Counted from the first letter of the whole stretch, positions 10,401-23,521 are shown. The stretch is DNA of 56,145 nucleotides, filler included, from Jimgerdemannia flammicorona (GCA_003990765.1; 2 parts of 2 records of this genome joined end to end with filler, not necessarily neighbours in it), one strand, 5' to 3'. The notes: a model not told the origin generated them from the sequence alone. Numbers and translations are program-made.

Positions 10401-12613
10401 ACTTTGGAAAAATCTTCTTCAGAGTTCTTGGGTTCTCCTTTGGATGGTCGGATGGAGATGGTAAAGAGAGGGCATTTCTTGGCCAATTTCTTGAGTTGTA
10501 GTTTGTTGATGTGGGTGATCTTTGGTCCAGGGTCACTAGAGTTGAGTGAGTCCTTTTCGCCTTGTAGTTTGAAGTTGTGGCATCCTTTCTTGATGGTCAG
10601 AGAATAGTTTACCAAATCGATCATGGGGTTCTCTTGTTTCAACCATAGAGTTCCAAGGATGATTTCATTGTCAGGGAGTGGTATGATCTGGAGGGTAACA
10701 TATACTCGATAGTCACCAATTCGGAAGGGTAGGTTGCAGACAGCTTTGCTAATAATATGTGAGGTTCCATCAGCTATAGCAACTGCTTGAGTTTGCTGTA
10801 CTGGAGAGGTAAAGACCTTGAGTCTGTTGGCTGTCTCTTCATTGATGAAGTTGCCTGAGGCGCCACTGTCTATCATAATCTTGACAGGTGCTCTGTTGAC
10901 AAAAGCCTTAAGGGTGAGCAGTTTGTCTGATCCGATGGTGGTGATTTTAGTTGTAGGAGCCTTTCTTCTGTTGGTTCTTCTTTGAGCCAGTTCATTGACA
11001 CAAGAGAAGCAATCGTCAATCATTCGGGAAGAGTACATTCCAATACTATCAGGGCATCGGCCACTTGATACATATCCATCTTCGATCTTCTTGTAGAATT
11101 GTTCTTCTTTGCTCATGGTAGGTTGGGCTGGGGCTTTGTTTGATGAGCCAAATTCTTTGAATCCTCAGATGGTGGGCAGTAGTTCAGGGACTTCTTTGAC
11201 TGTCAGGGTTGACTCAATTTTTTCAAATAGGATCTGGGCAATGCAGAAACCAATAGAGATCTTGAAGGGTATCCAACTGTGGTTTCGGATGAGGACAATA
11301 ATTTCGCCTGTATAATCCTCGTCAATGACTCCTCCTTCTACTGAGAGTCCTTTCAATGCTAGGCTGCTGCGACAGCATATTCTTCCAACATGTCCTTCAG
11401 GGATTTGGAAACTGATTCCTGTGTAGACTTGTTTGACTTCTCGGTTAGAAACTGTAGCTTCTTCAGCTGCATACAGGTCATATCCAGCTGCTTTTTGACT
11501 TCCTTTGGTTGGGGCCTTAGCAGTTTGTCTTAACTTGACAAAGTCTAGTGTTCTGGTGGTCAGGTTGTTGAGGTGGTGAAGAGTGGTAACAGTTGCTCAT
11601 ATTGCTGTTCAGGGTTTTCGGTTGGGGCAGGTACTGGCCATGTATCCTGTCTTTCGGCAATAGAAGCATGCTCCACTTCTTCGAAGTTCATTCCTTTCGC
11701 CTTCAGTAAGTTTCTTGAAGGTACTTGGCTGGGTGGATTCATGATTTCTGGGTGTCCAAGAGGTGGATGTGGAGGGAGCTTGGGGTGCTACATGCCTAGG
11801 TTCTTCTTTCTTGGTCCAAGTCCTTTTCTTGTTGTTGAATTGTCTTCAAGGCAGAATTAGTCCAACTGTTAGGATTTGCTTGACCATAGTCTTGATTCTT
11901 GCCAGGCACCATTGTTGGTGATCACAACCAACTGGGCGGCCTTGTTCTTGGATTTTTCTAGTAAGCCATTCAGGCAGGGCATCGAATAAATGGTCTGCTC
12001 TTGTACCATTTCGTGCTTCATCATTGGCAATATATCCTAGGCCAACAGTGTTCAGGAGTGACTTGAGTTTTGTACAGAAGGTTTCGAATTCTTCTTTGCC
12101 ATATATGTCAAATTTGAGGTTGCGGAGTTTTACTTGAGATTCAGCAATCATGGTTTCACTGCAGTATTGAGCAATCATGAGTTGTTTGAGTCCAGGGGCT
12201 GCAGGATAGGCTCCATATCCTGGGGTATTGTTTGCTGCATTCTGGGCAACTAGTGCAGGTCGGGTATCCCATGTGAGGGGTTTTTCAGGAAGAGTTCACC
12301 ACCATTCTTCGGCAGGTCCTTGGAAGAATATAACAACTCAGTGGACATAGGCTGTAGTGGTAGCAAAGAGTTGTTCCAGAGTGTGCTCTTGATTGTTTGT
12401 CAGAATGCGGTCAGCAACTCGCTCATTAGTCCATTGATTGGCTTCGAAGTTGGTGTCAACTATACTAATGAAGCTTTGGACTTCTTGTACAGTACCAATA
12501 AAGGTAGGTAGGCTCAGATTTTTGGTAGGTCGGGTCTGTTCAGCTAGGGCAGTAATGGTTTCTGCCATTATAGCTACTTGGGCTGTGAGGTCTAGAATCT
12601 GTTGGTTCACTAT
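7482..12613 (-). pseudogene. gag-pol: A1 gag-pol: Gag, CCHC knuckle, dUTPase, Cys module, protease, RT, RNase H, integrase, chromodomain
   Basis: Motifs CFYCRKTG(Y/H)MASTC; GYDL, RSSLA, GGVIDEDYTGEI; MIDSGASGNF; KTAF, MPFGLTN, YIDDIL; TNASDLALGAVL, ADAISR; GPF(EV); EYEVEQIL...[17 protein letters not shown]. Many TGA/TAA/TAG stops from C>T changes. Confidence 0.95.
11145..11550 (-). pseudogene. dut: Trimeric dUTPase domain of A1, between nucleocapsid and protease
   Basis: AAGYDLYA, RSSLA, GGVIDEDYTGEI, IAQI and (R)GFKEFGSS correspond to the five dUTPase motifs; in frame with the zinc knuckle. Confidence 0.9.
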
Positions 12614-13557
12614 GTTGTTTACTGGAGGCAGTTGGACTGCTGATAGTGGTGTTACTGGTACTACTTGAGGTACTGGTGCTGAGTGTGATGGGGTTCTTTG
12701 GGTCTGTGTAAGTTGCTGGAGTAGTAGTTGTGGGTCTGGAGTGAGGGCTTGATAGATAGCTGTTTGTTGCTGTGTAGGTATATTCTGTCCTGATGGAAGT
12801 GCGTCTCCTTCAGTAGTGTATCTGGGATCAAATTTACTGAGATACTCCTCCTCTTCTTCGGTTTGGTCCCTGTATAATTGGGTTTGTTCAGCGTCAAAGT
12901 AGACAGAATCAGTTATATATTTGATTTCAGATGGACTTAATTCAAAGTCAAGTTCAGATTCAGTATTGGTTTCAGATTCAGGTAGGGCTGTAGCAGGGCC
13001 TGCTTCAGGTTCGGGGTCAGATAGTTGATGAAGAGTTTCTCTTGCTTCTTCTTTAAGGATATGGCGGGCCTTGCTGTTCTGGAATCGGTAGTATAAGGTG
13101 GTCTTGGTCCTGGTGCATTGAAAGTCAGTAGAGTTGAGCCACTTGGCTACAGAGGCTTGGGCTTCATGAGGAACTAAGGCTAGAAAGACTACTGCTGATT
13201 GTCCTAGGTCACTCAGATTTGTGGAGCTGACAAAACTCTTGTTGAGAAGAGTAAAGAAGGCTTCAATAAGACCTTCTTCATCTTGACTTGCTGGGTGTAG
13301 TGCAAGGAGTTCGATGAATAGAGTTTTGCCTATTTGTTGGTTTAACTGGAGTACTTCTTTCTTTGAATGAAGTTTGTCTCACTTGTTGTAGGTGTGGAGG
13401 TCAAATTGTCCTTGTACGTTAGGTTCAATTCTCTCCAGATTGTCAGATGGTTCAGGATAAATTCCAGTTCAGAGGTTGGGCTTTATACCAACTTGTAGGA
13501 ATTCTCAGAGTGGTTTGTAGTGGGGTGAGGAAGCATCTTGAAGTGGAATTGGATTGT

Positions 13558-13575
13558 AAACCACTGCTACTAAGT
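13558..13575 (-). other. Primer-binding site of A1 (probably initiator tRNA-Met)
   Basis: ACTT(A/G)GTAGCAGTGG follows the 5' LTR. TGGTAGC (intact in A2) is complementary to the GCUACCA end typical of eukaryotic tRNA-iMet. Confidence 0.75.
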
Positions 13576-15570
13576 TGTAAGAGGGTTGCTTTTTAGAGTA
13601 ACCATTACGTAGTTCTGGAAGGTTTTCTGGAAGTTCTGGATATTCTGGAAGACCATTTTCTTATGGTCAAGATCAATTTCGTATAGAGTATATCCTCTAC
13701 GCTTATTGATTTCAAGATCAGGTTGACGTCTCAACCAAAGTCCCTTTTCAGACTAATTCTGGATGTTCAGGATTTTCCATATTTCAGGAAGTTCAAGAAA
13801 CTAAGACCAGCTTAGTTGAATTGGCGTATCACTGCAGACAATACCCAATTAGGAAATTTCGTGATGGGGTTAGGAGTGGGACCTAACAGGGAGCAGATTT
13901 ACTTAAGAGTGATTTGTGGGTTATTAAATAGGTTTATTTGCTATTCATGATATTGCTATACTAGGAGTAGTTGTATGAAGGGATATTGTGGGGAAGTATT
14001 CAGGAATGTTCTTATGTATTTGAGTCTGAGATTCTGAGGTCTGGGGGAGGGGGTATTTATACTAGTGAGGGGCTATCTGGACTATGCTGAATATGGATGT
14101 AGTACTAAGTGCTTTGCTGAGTCAGAATACAGTCACATCATACAAGGCTAATCTAACTATACTATGACTGCTAAGCTATTTATGAGTTTAGGCGCTGTCT
14201 GGGTAGTCCTTGATGACATCACCATCAATTGCATCATTTCTGATAAAGTAGTTATCTAGAAATAATGGTTCGTGGATTACTTCTCCTTGTTTGCTGAGGT
14301 AATAATACATTGGAACTTCGTCTCCGTCCCACAGGATAGTATCGTCTGTCTCATACACTGGATAAGATATTGGTGGGTGGAGGAGGAGTGCATCATTTTC
14401 ACTTTTATCAGATTCACTGTCTGCATACCTTCTGTAGGTTACAGCACTACGAGTCACAGGGTTATAGTAAGCTGGTGGCTGTGGTTCATGTTGCTCGTAC
14501 TCAGGTGGTGGGGTGGTTGATTCGATCTCGAGGGTTGTCTGGAGGTATAGGTTGTGTTCTCCGGTCTCTTCATTGTAGTTGAAGTAATCGGGGGTGAATG
14601 CAGATTGGTATTCGTGCCAGTGGTCATTGTCCCAATAAGTCTCGTATGTTGTTATGAACTGTTGTAAGTTCATTGGCAAGGTTGGTGGAGTGATCAGAGT
14701 TGGCAGAGATCCTTGGCTAGAGGTTATGTCGGCATCAGAGGGATCATTGTCTTCTGCTTTGTCTTCATCGAAGTGGATTATATCGTAGATGTCCTTCATG
14801 GCGTATCCAACTTGGGGCATTTGTAGGATATGATCATTGGAGTGTGGGAAGGTTCTATCTGTGGTTTTGATGCACTCGAGGTACTTCTGGTTGAGTTCTT
14901 ATATCATATCGTCAATTTGGCTGTAGGACAGAGTAGCAACCATTTTGCTGGTAGTAACTTGGAGGTGGGGAATAATGGTACTGTACTCATAGAAGAGTTC
15001 TCGATGTTTGCGGGCGATGAGCTTCTGGTGTTGAGACATCTGGGTAATGTCTATATTGTGGTGGTGTTTGACCATGTCTTCCAGGAGGCAGCCGATCTGG
15101 TAGTAGCTTGAGATTTGTCCGATTTGGTGAGTCTCGCTAAGCATGTTCAGAGCATTCCATCGGGCTTCCATGAAGTAGAGGGGTGCCAGGCTATGGATAT
15201 TCATGAGGGGCAGAGGGGGTGTGGCTCGGTTGACAATAGCATTCCAAATGTCAGCACGGATACAGTTGTAGATCTCAGTGGTTATATTTGTGTATTTGGG
15301 AGTTGTGGTTATTGTTTGTTTTGGTTCTGATTTGACACATCTCGGTACTTGGTATATATGTATTTGATCCTGATTGGTAAGATTCCATTTGTGTAATCTT
15401 GTGTTCTGTGACTTCATATTGACTCAGCTTTGTATACTGTGACTTCAGTTTGACTCAGCTTCGTGATCAAGCAGGTGATTTCCAGATTTGTTCAGAGGTC
15501 GCGTGTGATTTCAGTGGCTTGTTCAGAGGGTGACATGTAATTTCAGTAGCTTGGAGGTTGTGCGCTTACA
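13576..15570 (-). repeat. A1 5' LTR (1995 bp; 63-bp deletion relative to the 3' LTR), with LTR-ORF copy at 14188-15285
   Basis: Aligns with 4998-7055. ORFs 14899..15417 and 14188..14820 are one frame broken by CAA>TAA. TATA box at 14054-14061 (minus). Confidence 0.95.
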
Positions 15571-17353
15571 CATCACCATCGATGACATCATCTCTGATAA
15601 AGTAGTTGTCTAGGAAGAGGGGTTCGTGGATTACTTCTCTTTATTTACTGAAGTAATAATATATTGGAACTTCATCACCATCCTACAGGATAGCATCATC
15701 TATCTCATATACTGGATAAGGTATTGGTAGGCAGAGGAGAGGTGTATCATCTTCACTTTCATCAGATTCACTGTCTGTATACCTTCTATAGATTATAGCC
15801 CTATGAGTCATAGGGTTGTAGTAAGCTAGCAGCTATGGTTTGTCTTACTCATACTCAGGTGGTGGAGTGGTTAATTTGATCTCAAGGGTTGTCTGGAGGT
15901 ACAGGTTGTGTTCTCCAGTCTCTTCATTATAGTTAAAGTAATTGGAGGTAAATGTAGGTTGGTATTCATACCAGTGGTCATTGTCTCAATAGATCTCATA
16001 GGTGGTTATAAACTGTTATAAGTTCATTAGCAATGTTGGCAGAGTGATCAGGGTTGGCAGAGATTCTTGGCTAGATGTCATGTTGGCATCAGTGAGATCA
16101 TTGTCTTCTGCTTCATCTTCATCAAACTGGATTATATTATAGATATTCTTCATAGCATATCCAACTTGAGGCATTTGCAAGATATAGTTGTCAGAGTGTG
16201 GGAAGGTTCTGTCTGTGATCTCAACATACTCGAGGTACTTGTGGTTGAGTTCTTATATCATGTCTTCGATTTGACCATAGGATAGGGTAGCAGCCATTTT
16301 GGCAGTAGTAACTTGGAGATGGGAAATAAAGGTGCTATACTTGTAGAAGAGTTCTCGGTGTTTGCAGGCAATGAGTTTCTGGTGTTGAGACATCTGGGTA
16401 ATGTCCATATCATGGTGATGTTCAACCATGTCTTCCAGGAGGTAGCTGATCTGGTAGTAGCTTGAGATTTGTCTGATTTGGTGGGTCTCGCTAAGTATAT
16501 TCAGGGCATTCCATTGGGCTTTCACAAAGTAGAGGGGTGCTAGACTATGGATATTCATGAGGGATAGAAGGGGTGTGGCTTGATTGACAATGGCATTTCA
16601 AATGTCAGCACAGATGTGGTTGTAGATCTCAGTGGTTATGGTTGTGTATGTTCAGAAGTTGTAGTTGTTGTTTGTTTTGGTTCTCTGTTCGATGTGTCTC
16701 GGTACTCAGTATATATACATTTGGTCCTGATTGATAAGATTCTGTTTATGTAATTCTTGTATTCCATGACTTCATATTGACTCAGCTTTGTGTACTATGA
16801 CTTCAGTTTAACTCAGCTTTGTGACTGAGCAGGTGATTTCCAGATTTGTTCAGAGGTTGCATATGATTTCGGTGGCTTGTTCAGAGAGTGATATGTAATT
16901 TCAGTGGCTTGGAGGTTGTGCGCTTACAACTCTCCCCTTCTTAGTTTTCAACATCCTCATTGGGACCTTCTAATTTATTCTAGCATTATTACACTATTTG
17001 GAAGGTCAAAAGTCCAGTGAAGTCCATTTTTCTCAGAAAGTGGTATGCTCATAGTACAGTTGCCTAACATATTAGATTCACATGTTAAAGGGTCATGTGT
17101 TTAATGCCATATACCAGAAGTGATTCTGATGTCATTTACTGCTGGAGAATTTCCTCTAAGGAATCTTCTTAAATGTCTATGCCTTATTTCCCACCAGTAG
17201 TATAGGGAGAATAGGCTTGCTTTCCATTTTGTTATTTTTCCAAAGGGTCAGTATTCTCTTAACTTACTGAGTTTTTGATTTTTTGCTCATGATAATTATA
17301 ATGTTCAGGAGGATAATATATAGTGTATACTGATAGGTGTTGGATATTTGGTT

Positions 17354-18487
17354 TTAGTTGTTCAAGGAATTATATTCCTGAACTAAGTAAGTAGCATTCT
17401 GGAGATTGGTCTTGGGTTTCTATGTTGCATTGTGGATTGGGTAACCTTTCCATTTAACAAGATACTCAGGGTGGTTCTTGTTGAGAATTTGTTCAACTTC
17501 ATATTCTTCTTGATCATTAATTATAACAGGTGCAGGTGGTTCAGTAGTTCAGTTCAGGAATAGCTCATCATTGTTTTCATTGTATCACTTGAGACATTGG
17601 ACATTAAAGACTGGGTGGACTCTAATAGTGTCTGGTAGCACCAATTTATAAGAAGTAGAAGAGACTTGTGCAATGACTTCAAATGATCCAATGAACTTAC
17701 TGTTTAGCTTTATAGATAGTCTGTGCTTGAGGTTGTCAACTCAGTATCCTCGGATGTCCAGTAGAACTTTTTCTCCAATATCAAAGGTTTCTTCTTGGCA
17801 GTATTGATTAATATACTGTAACTATTGTTCTTGAGCTCATGATAAATTCTCAATTGTAATCTGGTTTAGATTATGCATTCAGAGTAAGAATTCTTCAACA
17901 GCTTTGACTGTAGAGGGTTCTTCAGTAGTTCAGATAAGTGTTAAAGGGGTGTTTGGATTTTGTTCAGTGTTGGCAAAAAATGGGGTCATTCCAAGAGAGG
18001 CTTGCTTGCTGTTGTTATAGGCAAACTTGACTGCGGTGAGGTGTTCATGCCAATCAACTTGTCTGTAGGAAACATAGTTCCTTAGTATTTATTCTAGAGT
18101 TTGGTTCATTCTTTCAGTTTGGCCATCAGTTTTGAGGTGAAAGGCTGTGAATAGTGCAAGTTTTGTTCCAAGGTGTACATAGAGGGCTTTCCAAAAATGG
18201 CTGGTAAATTTCGGATCTCAGTCACTAACAATGATCTTAGGAAGACCATGATAGCAGAAGATGTTATTGAACAAGAGTATAGCTATGTCTGGAGCTATTG
18301 TAGTAGTAGTGATTGGTACAAAGTAGGCTTGTTTGCTGAGTTAGTCTATGAAGACAATAATTGCATCTTTTCCATTCTTAGTTCAGAGTAGTTGTACAAT
18401 GAAGTCTATAGGGATTTGTTCCCAATTTGCAGATGGTACTGGGATAGGGTGAAGTAGGCCAGGTTTTGCTAGAGTTGAGAACATGTT

Positions 18488-18525
<38 letters not shown>

Positions 18526-21500
18526 GTCACTTAGACTCCTTTATTATGAACTATCTAATACAATGAGAACTTGTTTCATTAGCAGGCATCACAAGAAGTG
18601 ATGTAGGTTTTGAGCTGTTCTGCCATATAGGGCAAATAGAAGTTTTAGGAGATAACTTCATAGCATTTGTCAAATCCTAAATGTCCAGCTGTAGGGGCAT
18701 CATGACATTCTAATAGGATAGTCCTTCGGAGGTCTCGGTTGTTTGGGACATACAGTCTGTCCTTGTAGTAGATGGCATTGTTCTTGAGTTAGTATTGATG
18801 GTACCAGGTATGCTTATCAGCATCATTACTATTCAGAATTTCTCAGAGTGCTTGAGCTTCCTTATCATCAGCACATTCTGTGATAATTTGTTCCATGATA
18901 GTGTTGGTAACTAAGGTGAGGGTTTGGATAACTTCTTCGATTGATGGTCTGGATATTGTATTGGTAACAATGTTTTCCTTGCCAGGGCAATACTAGATTT
19001 CATAGTCAAAGTTAGTGAGGACTGTCATCCATCTGGCTTGCTTCCGAGAAAGGGTAGTCTGTATCTTGATATTGACTAATGACTTGTGGTCAGTCAATAC
19101 AGTGAAGTGTGCTCCTTCTAGGTATGGTCGCCATTTGATCAGAGTATCTACAATAGTAAGCATTTCCTTCTTGTGGATTGCATAGTTGATTTCAGCATTA
19201 TTAAACTTGTGGGAATGATAGGCCACAGGGTGTCCTTCTTGTATGAGCATTGCTCCAAGAGCTAGATCAGAGGCATTGGTAGTAACTTCATATGGCAGGG
19301 CAGGATTTGCTGCTTGAAGCACTGGAGTGGTTATTAAGACATCTTTCAGTACTTGAAAGGCTGTATCTTGTTTGGGTCTTCAATTTGCAAGATTGTTGAA
19401 TTCTTTTTCTTGTTTCATAGTACAGGGCTGTTCTTCTTTCTTACTGTGCTTAGTCATTTGGATAAGGTGGTAGCAATTTTGGCAAAGTTGGCAACAAATC
19501 ATCTGTAATAATTTACTAATCCCAGGAATGACTGGAGGTCTTTCAGCTTCTTGGGTCTGGGCCAATCCTTGATTGTGGAGATTTTTCTGGGGTCCACTTT
19601 GATTCCATTGAGTGTGACAATGTGTTCAAGGAATTGGATTTCCTTTAGGAGAAATTCACACTTGTTGAGTTTCACAAAGAGTCAGTTTTCTCGGAGTTTC
19701 AATAGTATTAGCTTGAGGTGTTCAAGATGTTTCTCCAGGGTTTTGCTGAAGACTAGAATGTCATCAATGTAGATAACAACAAATTTGTCCAGGTATGGGT
19801 GCGGAATGGTGTTCATCAGTATTTGAAAAGTTGCAGGAGTATTGGTTAAGCCAAAAGGTATTACCAGAAACTCAAAGTGTCCATAGTGAGTTCAGAAGGC
19901 TGTCTTATAGATGTCTTCTTCTTTCATTGCAATTTGCCAATAGCTATTTCACAGATTGAAAGAGCTCATGAATTGCAGGTTGGTGAGTCTGTCGAATATC
20001 TCATCAATTCTGGGTAGTGGATAGCAGTTCTTGATGGTCTGTTCATTGAGGTCACAGTAATCAATACACATTCACAGGTCTCCTCCTTTCTTGACAACAA
20101 AGAGGACTGGTGTACCATAGGGTGATATACTGGGTCTGATGAATCCTTATTCTAGGAGCTCATCAATTTCTTTCTTGAGTGCATCTATTTCTCTTGTCGA
20201 CATATAGTAGATTGACTTGAAGGCTGGCTTGGTATCTGGAATGGTCTTGATGGCATGGTCTACTGCTCGTTTAGGAGGTAGGCCTTTCAGAAGCTTCTTT
20301 GGAAATATGTCATGGAATTTCTGGAGTAGTGGTCTGCCATGGCTGTCAACTTTGGAAAAGTCTTCTTCAGAGTTCTTGGGTTCTCCTTTGGTTGGGCAGA
20401 TGGAGATAGCAAAGAGAGGACATTTCTTAACCAATTTCTTGAGTTGTAACTTATTGATGTTAGTGATCTTTGGTCCAGGGTCACTAGGACTAAGTGGGTC
20501 TTTCTCACCTTGCAGTTTGAAGTTGTGGCATCCTTTCTTGATGGTCAGAGAATAGTTTACCCAATCGATCATGGGGTTCTCTTGTTTCAACCATAGAGTT
20601 CCAAGGATGATTTCATTGTCTGGGAGTGGTACAATCTGGAGAGTAACATGTACTTGATAGTCACCAATTCAGAAGGGTAGATTGCAGACTTCCTTGCTGA
20701 TAATATGTGAGGTTCCATCAGCTGTGGCAACTGCTTGGGTTTGTTGTACTGGAGAGGTGAAGACCTTGAGTCTGTTGGCTGTTTCTTTATTGTGAAGTTG
20801 CCTGAGACACTGCTGTCTATCATAATCTTGACAGGTGCTCAGTTGACAAAAGCTTAGAGTGTAAGCAGTTTGTCTAATCCAATAGTAGTGATTTCCATTG
20901 TAGGAGCTTTCCTTCTGTTGGTTCTTCTTTGAGCCAATTTGTTGATATAAGAGAAGCAATCATCAATCATTCGGGATGAGTACATTCCAATACCATGGGG
21001 GCATCAGCCACTTGGTATATATCCATCTTCAATTTTCTTGTAGAATTGTTCTTCTTTGTTCATGGTAGGTTGGGCTGGGGCCTTGTTTGATGAGCCAAAT
21101 CCTTTAGATCCTCAGATGGTGGGCAGTAGTTCAGGGACTTCTTTAACTATCAGAGTTGACTTGATTTTTTTGAATAGGATCTGGGCAATGCAGAAATCTA
21201 TGGAGATCTTGAAGGGTGTCTATCTATGGTTTTGGATGAGGACAATAATTTTGCCTGTGTAATCTTCGTCAATAACTCCTTCTTCTACTAAGAGTTCTTT
21301 TAATGCTAGGCTGCTGCGACAGTATATTCTTCCAACATATCCTTCAGGAATTTGGATACTGATTCCTGTGTAGACTTATTTGACTTCTTGGTTGGAAACT
21401 GTAGCTTCTTTGGCTGCATACAGGTCATATCCAGCTGCTTTTTGACTTTCTTTGATTGGGGCCTTGGCAGTTTGCCTTAACTTGATGAAGTCCAGTGTTC

Positions 21501-22560
21501 TAGTAGTCAGGTTATTGAGGTGGTGCAGAGTAGTAACAGTTGCTCATGTTGCTGTTCAGGGTTTTCAGTTGGGGCAGGCACTGGCCATATGTCCTGTTTT
21601 TCGGCAATAGAAGTATGCTCCACTTCTTCGAAGTTCATTTCTTTCACCTTTGGTGAATTTCTTGAAGGTACTTGGCTGGGTGGGTTCATGATTTCTGGGT
21701 GTCCATGAGGTGGATGTGGAGGGAGCTCAGGATGTCTCATGCTTGGACTCTTCTTTCTTAGTCCAAGTCTTTTCCTTATTGTTGAATTGTCTTCGAGGCA
21801 GAATTGGTCCAGCTGTTAGGATTTGCTTGACCATAGTCTTGATTCTTACTAGGCACCATTGTTGGTGATTACAACCAACTGGGCAGCCTTGTTCACAGAT
21901 TTTTCTAGTAAGCCATTTAGGCAGGGCATCAAATAAATAGTCTACTCTTGTATCATTTTGTGCTTCATCATTGGTGATATATCCTAGGCCAACAGTGTTC
22001 AGGAGTGACTCGAGTTTTGTACAGAAGGTTTCAAATTCTTCTTTGTCATATACATCAAATTTGAGGTTGTGGAGTTTTACTCAAGATTCAGCAATCATGG
22101 TTTTGCTACAGTATTGGGCAATCATGAGTTGTTTGAGTCCAGGGGCTGCAGGATGTGCTCCATATCCTGGAGTATTATTTACTGCATTCTGAGCAACTAC
22201 TATAGGTCAGGTGTCCCATGTGAGGGGCTTTTCAGGAAGGGTTCACCACCATTCTTCAGCAGGTCCTTGGAAGAATGTAACAACTCAGCGGACATAGGCT
22301 GTAGTGGTAGCAAAGAGTTGTTCCAGGGTATGGTCTTAGTTGTTTGTCAGAAGGTGGTCAGCAACTCACTCATTTGTCCATTGATTGGCTTCAAAGTTGG
22401 TGTCAACTACACTGATAAAGCTTTGGACTTCTTGTACAGTACCATTGAAGGTAGGTAGGCTCAGATTTTTGATAGATCAGATCTGTTCGGCTAAGGCAGT
22501 AATGGTTGCTGCCATTATGGCTATTTGGGCTATGAGGTCAAGAATCTGTTGGTTTGCCAT
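17354..22560 (-). pseudogene. gag-pol: A2 gag-pol, same domain order as A1, more decayed
   Basis: Colinear with 7482-12613. Gag ATG (MANQQILDL) at 22560. RNase H fragment ORF 18993..19322. CPHG module near 20950-21060. Confidence 0.93.
18490..18563 (-). mobile_element. 74-bp 5'-truncated LINE-type insertion in the A2 integrase
   Basis: 33-nt poly(A) on the minus strand preceded by AATAAA. 14-bp TSD TGAGAAC(A/T)TGTTTC at 18476-18489 and 18564-18577. Absent from A1. Confidence 0.9.
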
Positions 22561-23521
22561 ATTGTTTCCTGGAGACAGTTAGACTACTGGTAGTGGTGTT
22601 ACTGGTACTACTTGAGGTACTGGTGCAGAGTGTGATGGAGTTCTTCGAGTCTGTGTAAGTTGCTGGAGTAATAGTTGTGGGTCTGGAGTAAGGGCTTGAT
22701 AGATAGCTCTCTGTTGCTGTGTAGGTGTGTTCTGTCCTGATGGAGCAGCATCTCTTTTGGTGGTGTATCTGGGATTGAATTCACTGAGATATTCCTTCTT
22801 CTCTTCAGTTTGGTCCTCATGTAGTTGGGTTTGCTCAGTGTCAAAGTAGATAGAATCAGTTGTATATCTGATTTTGGATAGACTTAATTCAAAGTCAAGT
22901 TCTGGTTTGGTATTAGTTTCTGGATCAGATAGAGCTATAGCTGGGCCTGCTTTTGGTTCAGAGTCAGGTAGTTAATGAAGGGTTTCTCTTGCTTCTTTTT
23001 TAAGGATATGGCAGGCCTTACTGTTCTGGAATTGGTAGTATAATACAGTCTTTGTCCTGGTGCAATGAAAGTCAGTAGAGTTGAGTCACTTGGCTACAGA
23101 GGCTGGGCTTCATAAGAGACTAAGGCTAGAAAGACTGCTGCTGGTTATCCTAGGTTGCTTGGATTTGTGAAGCTGACAAAACTCTGGTTGAGAAGAGTAA
23201 AGAAGGCTTCTATAAGACCTTCTTCATTGTGACTTGCTGGGTGTAGAGCAAGGAGTTTGGTGAATAGAGTTTTGTCTATTTGTTGATTTAACTGGAGTAT
23301 TTCTTTCTTTGAATGAAGTTTGTCTCACTTGTTGCAAGTGTGGAGATCAAATTATCCTTGTACGTCAGATTCAATTCTCTCCAGATTGTCAGATGGTTCA
23401 GAATAAATTCCAGTTCAGAGATTGGGCTTTATACCAACTTATAGAAATTCACAGAGGGATTTGTAGCAGGGTGAGAAAGCATCTTGAAGCAGAATTAGAT
23501 TGTAAACCACTGCTACCAAGT

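Larger units (their letters stand above)
4998..15570 (-). mobile_element. Ty3/Gypsy element A1 (full length, 10.6 kb) nested in the 3' LTR of A2
   Basis: TGTAAG...CTTACA termini on both LTRs. TSD CATTA (4993-4997) / CATCA (15571-15575). Internal gag-pol with PBS and PPT. Confidence 0.97.

Noticed and set aside
11550..11630. Programmed gag/pol frameshift or readthrough in family A
   Set aside because: Knuckle, dUTPase and protease are in one frame. The two TGA codons here fit CGA deamination, though they are shared by A1 and A2.
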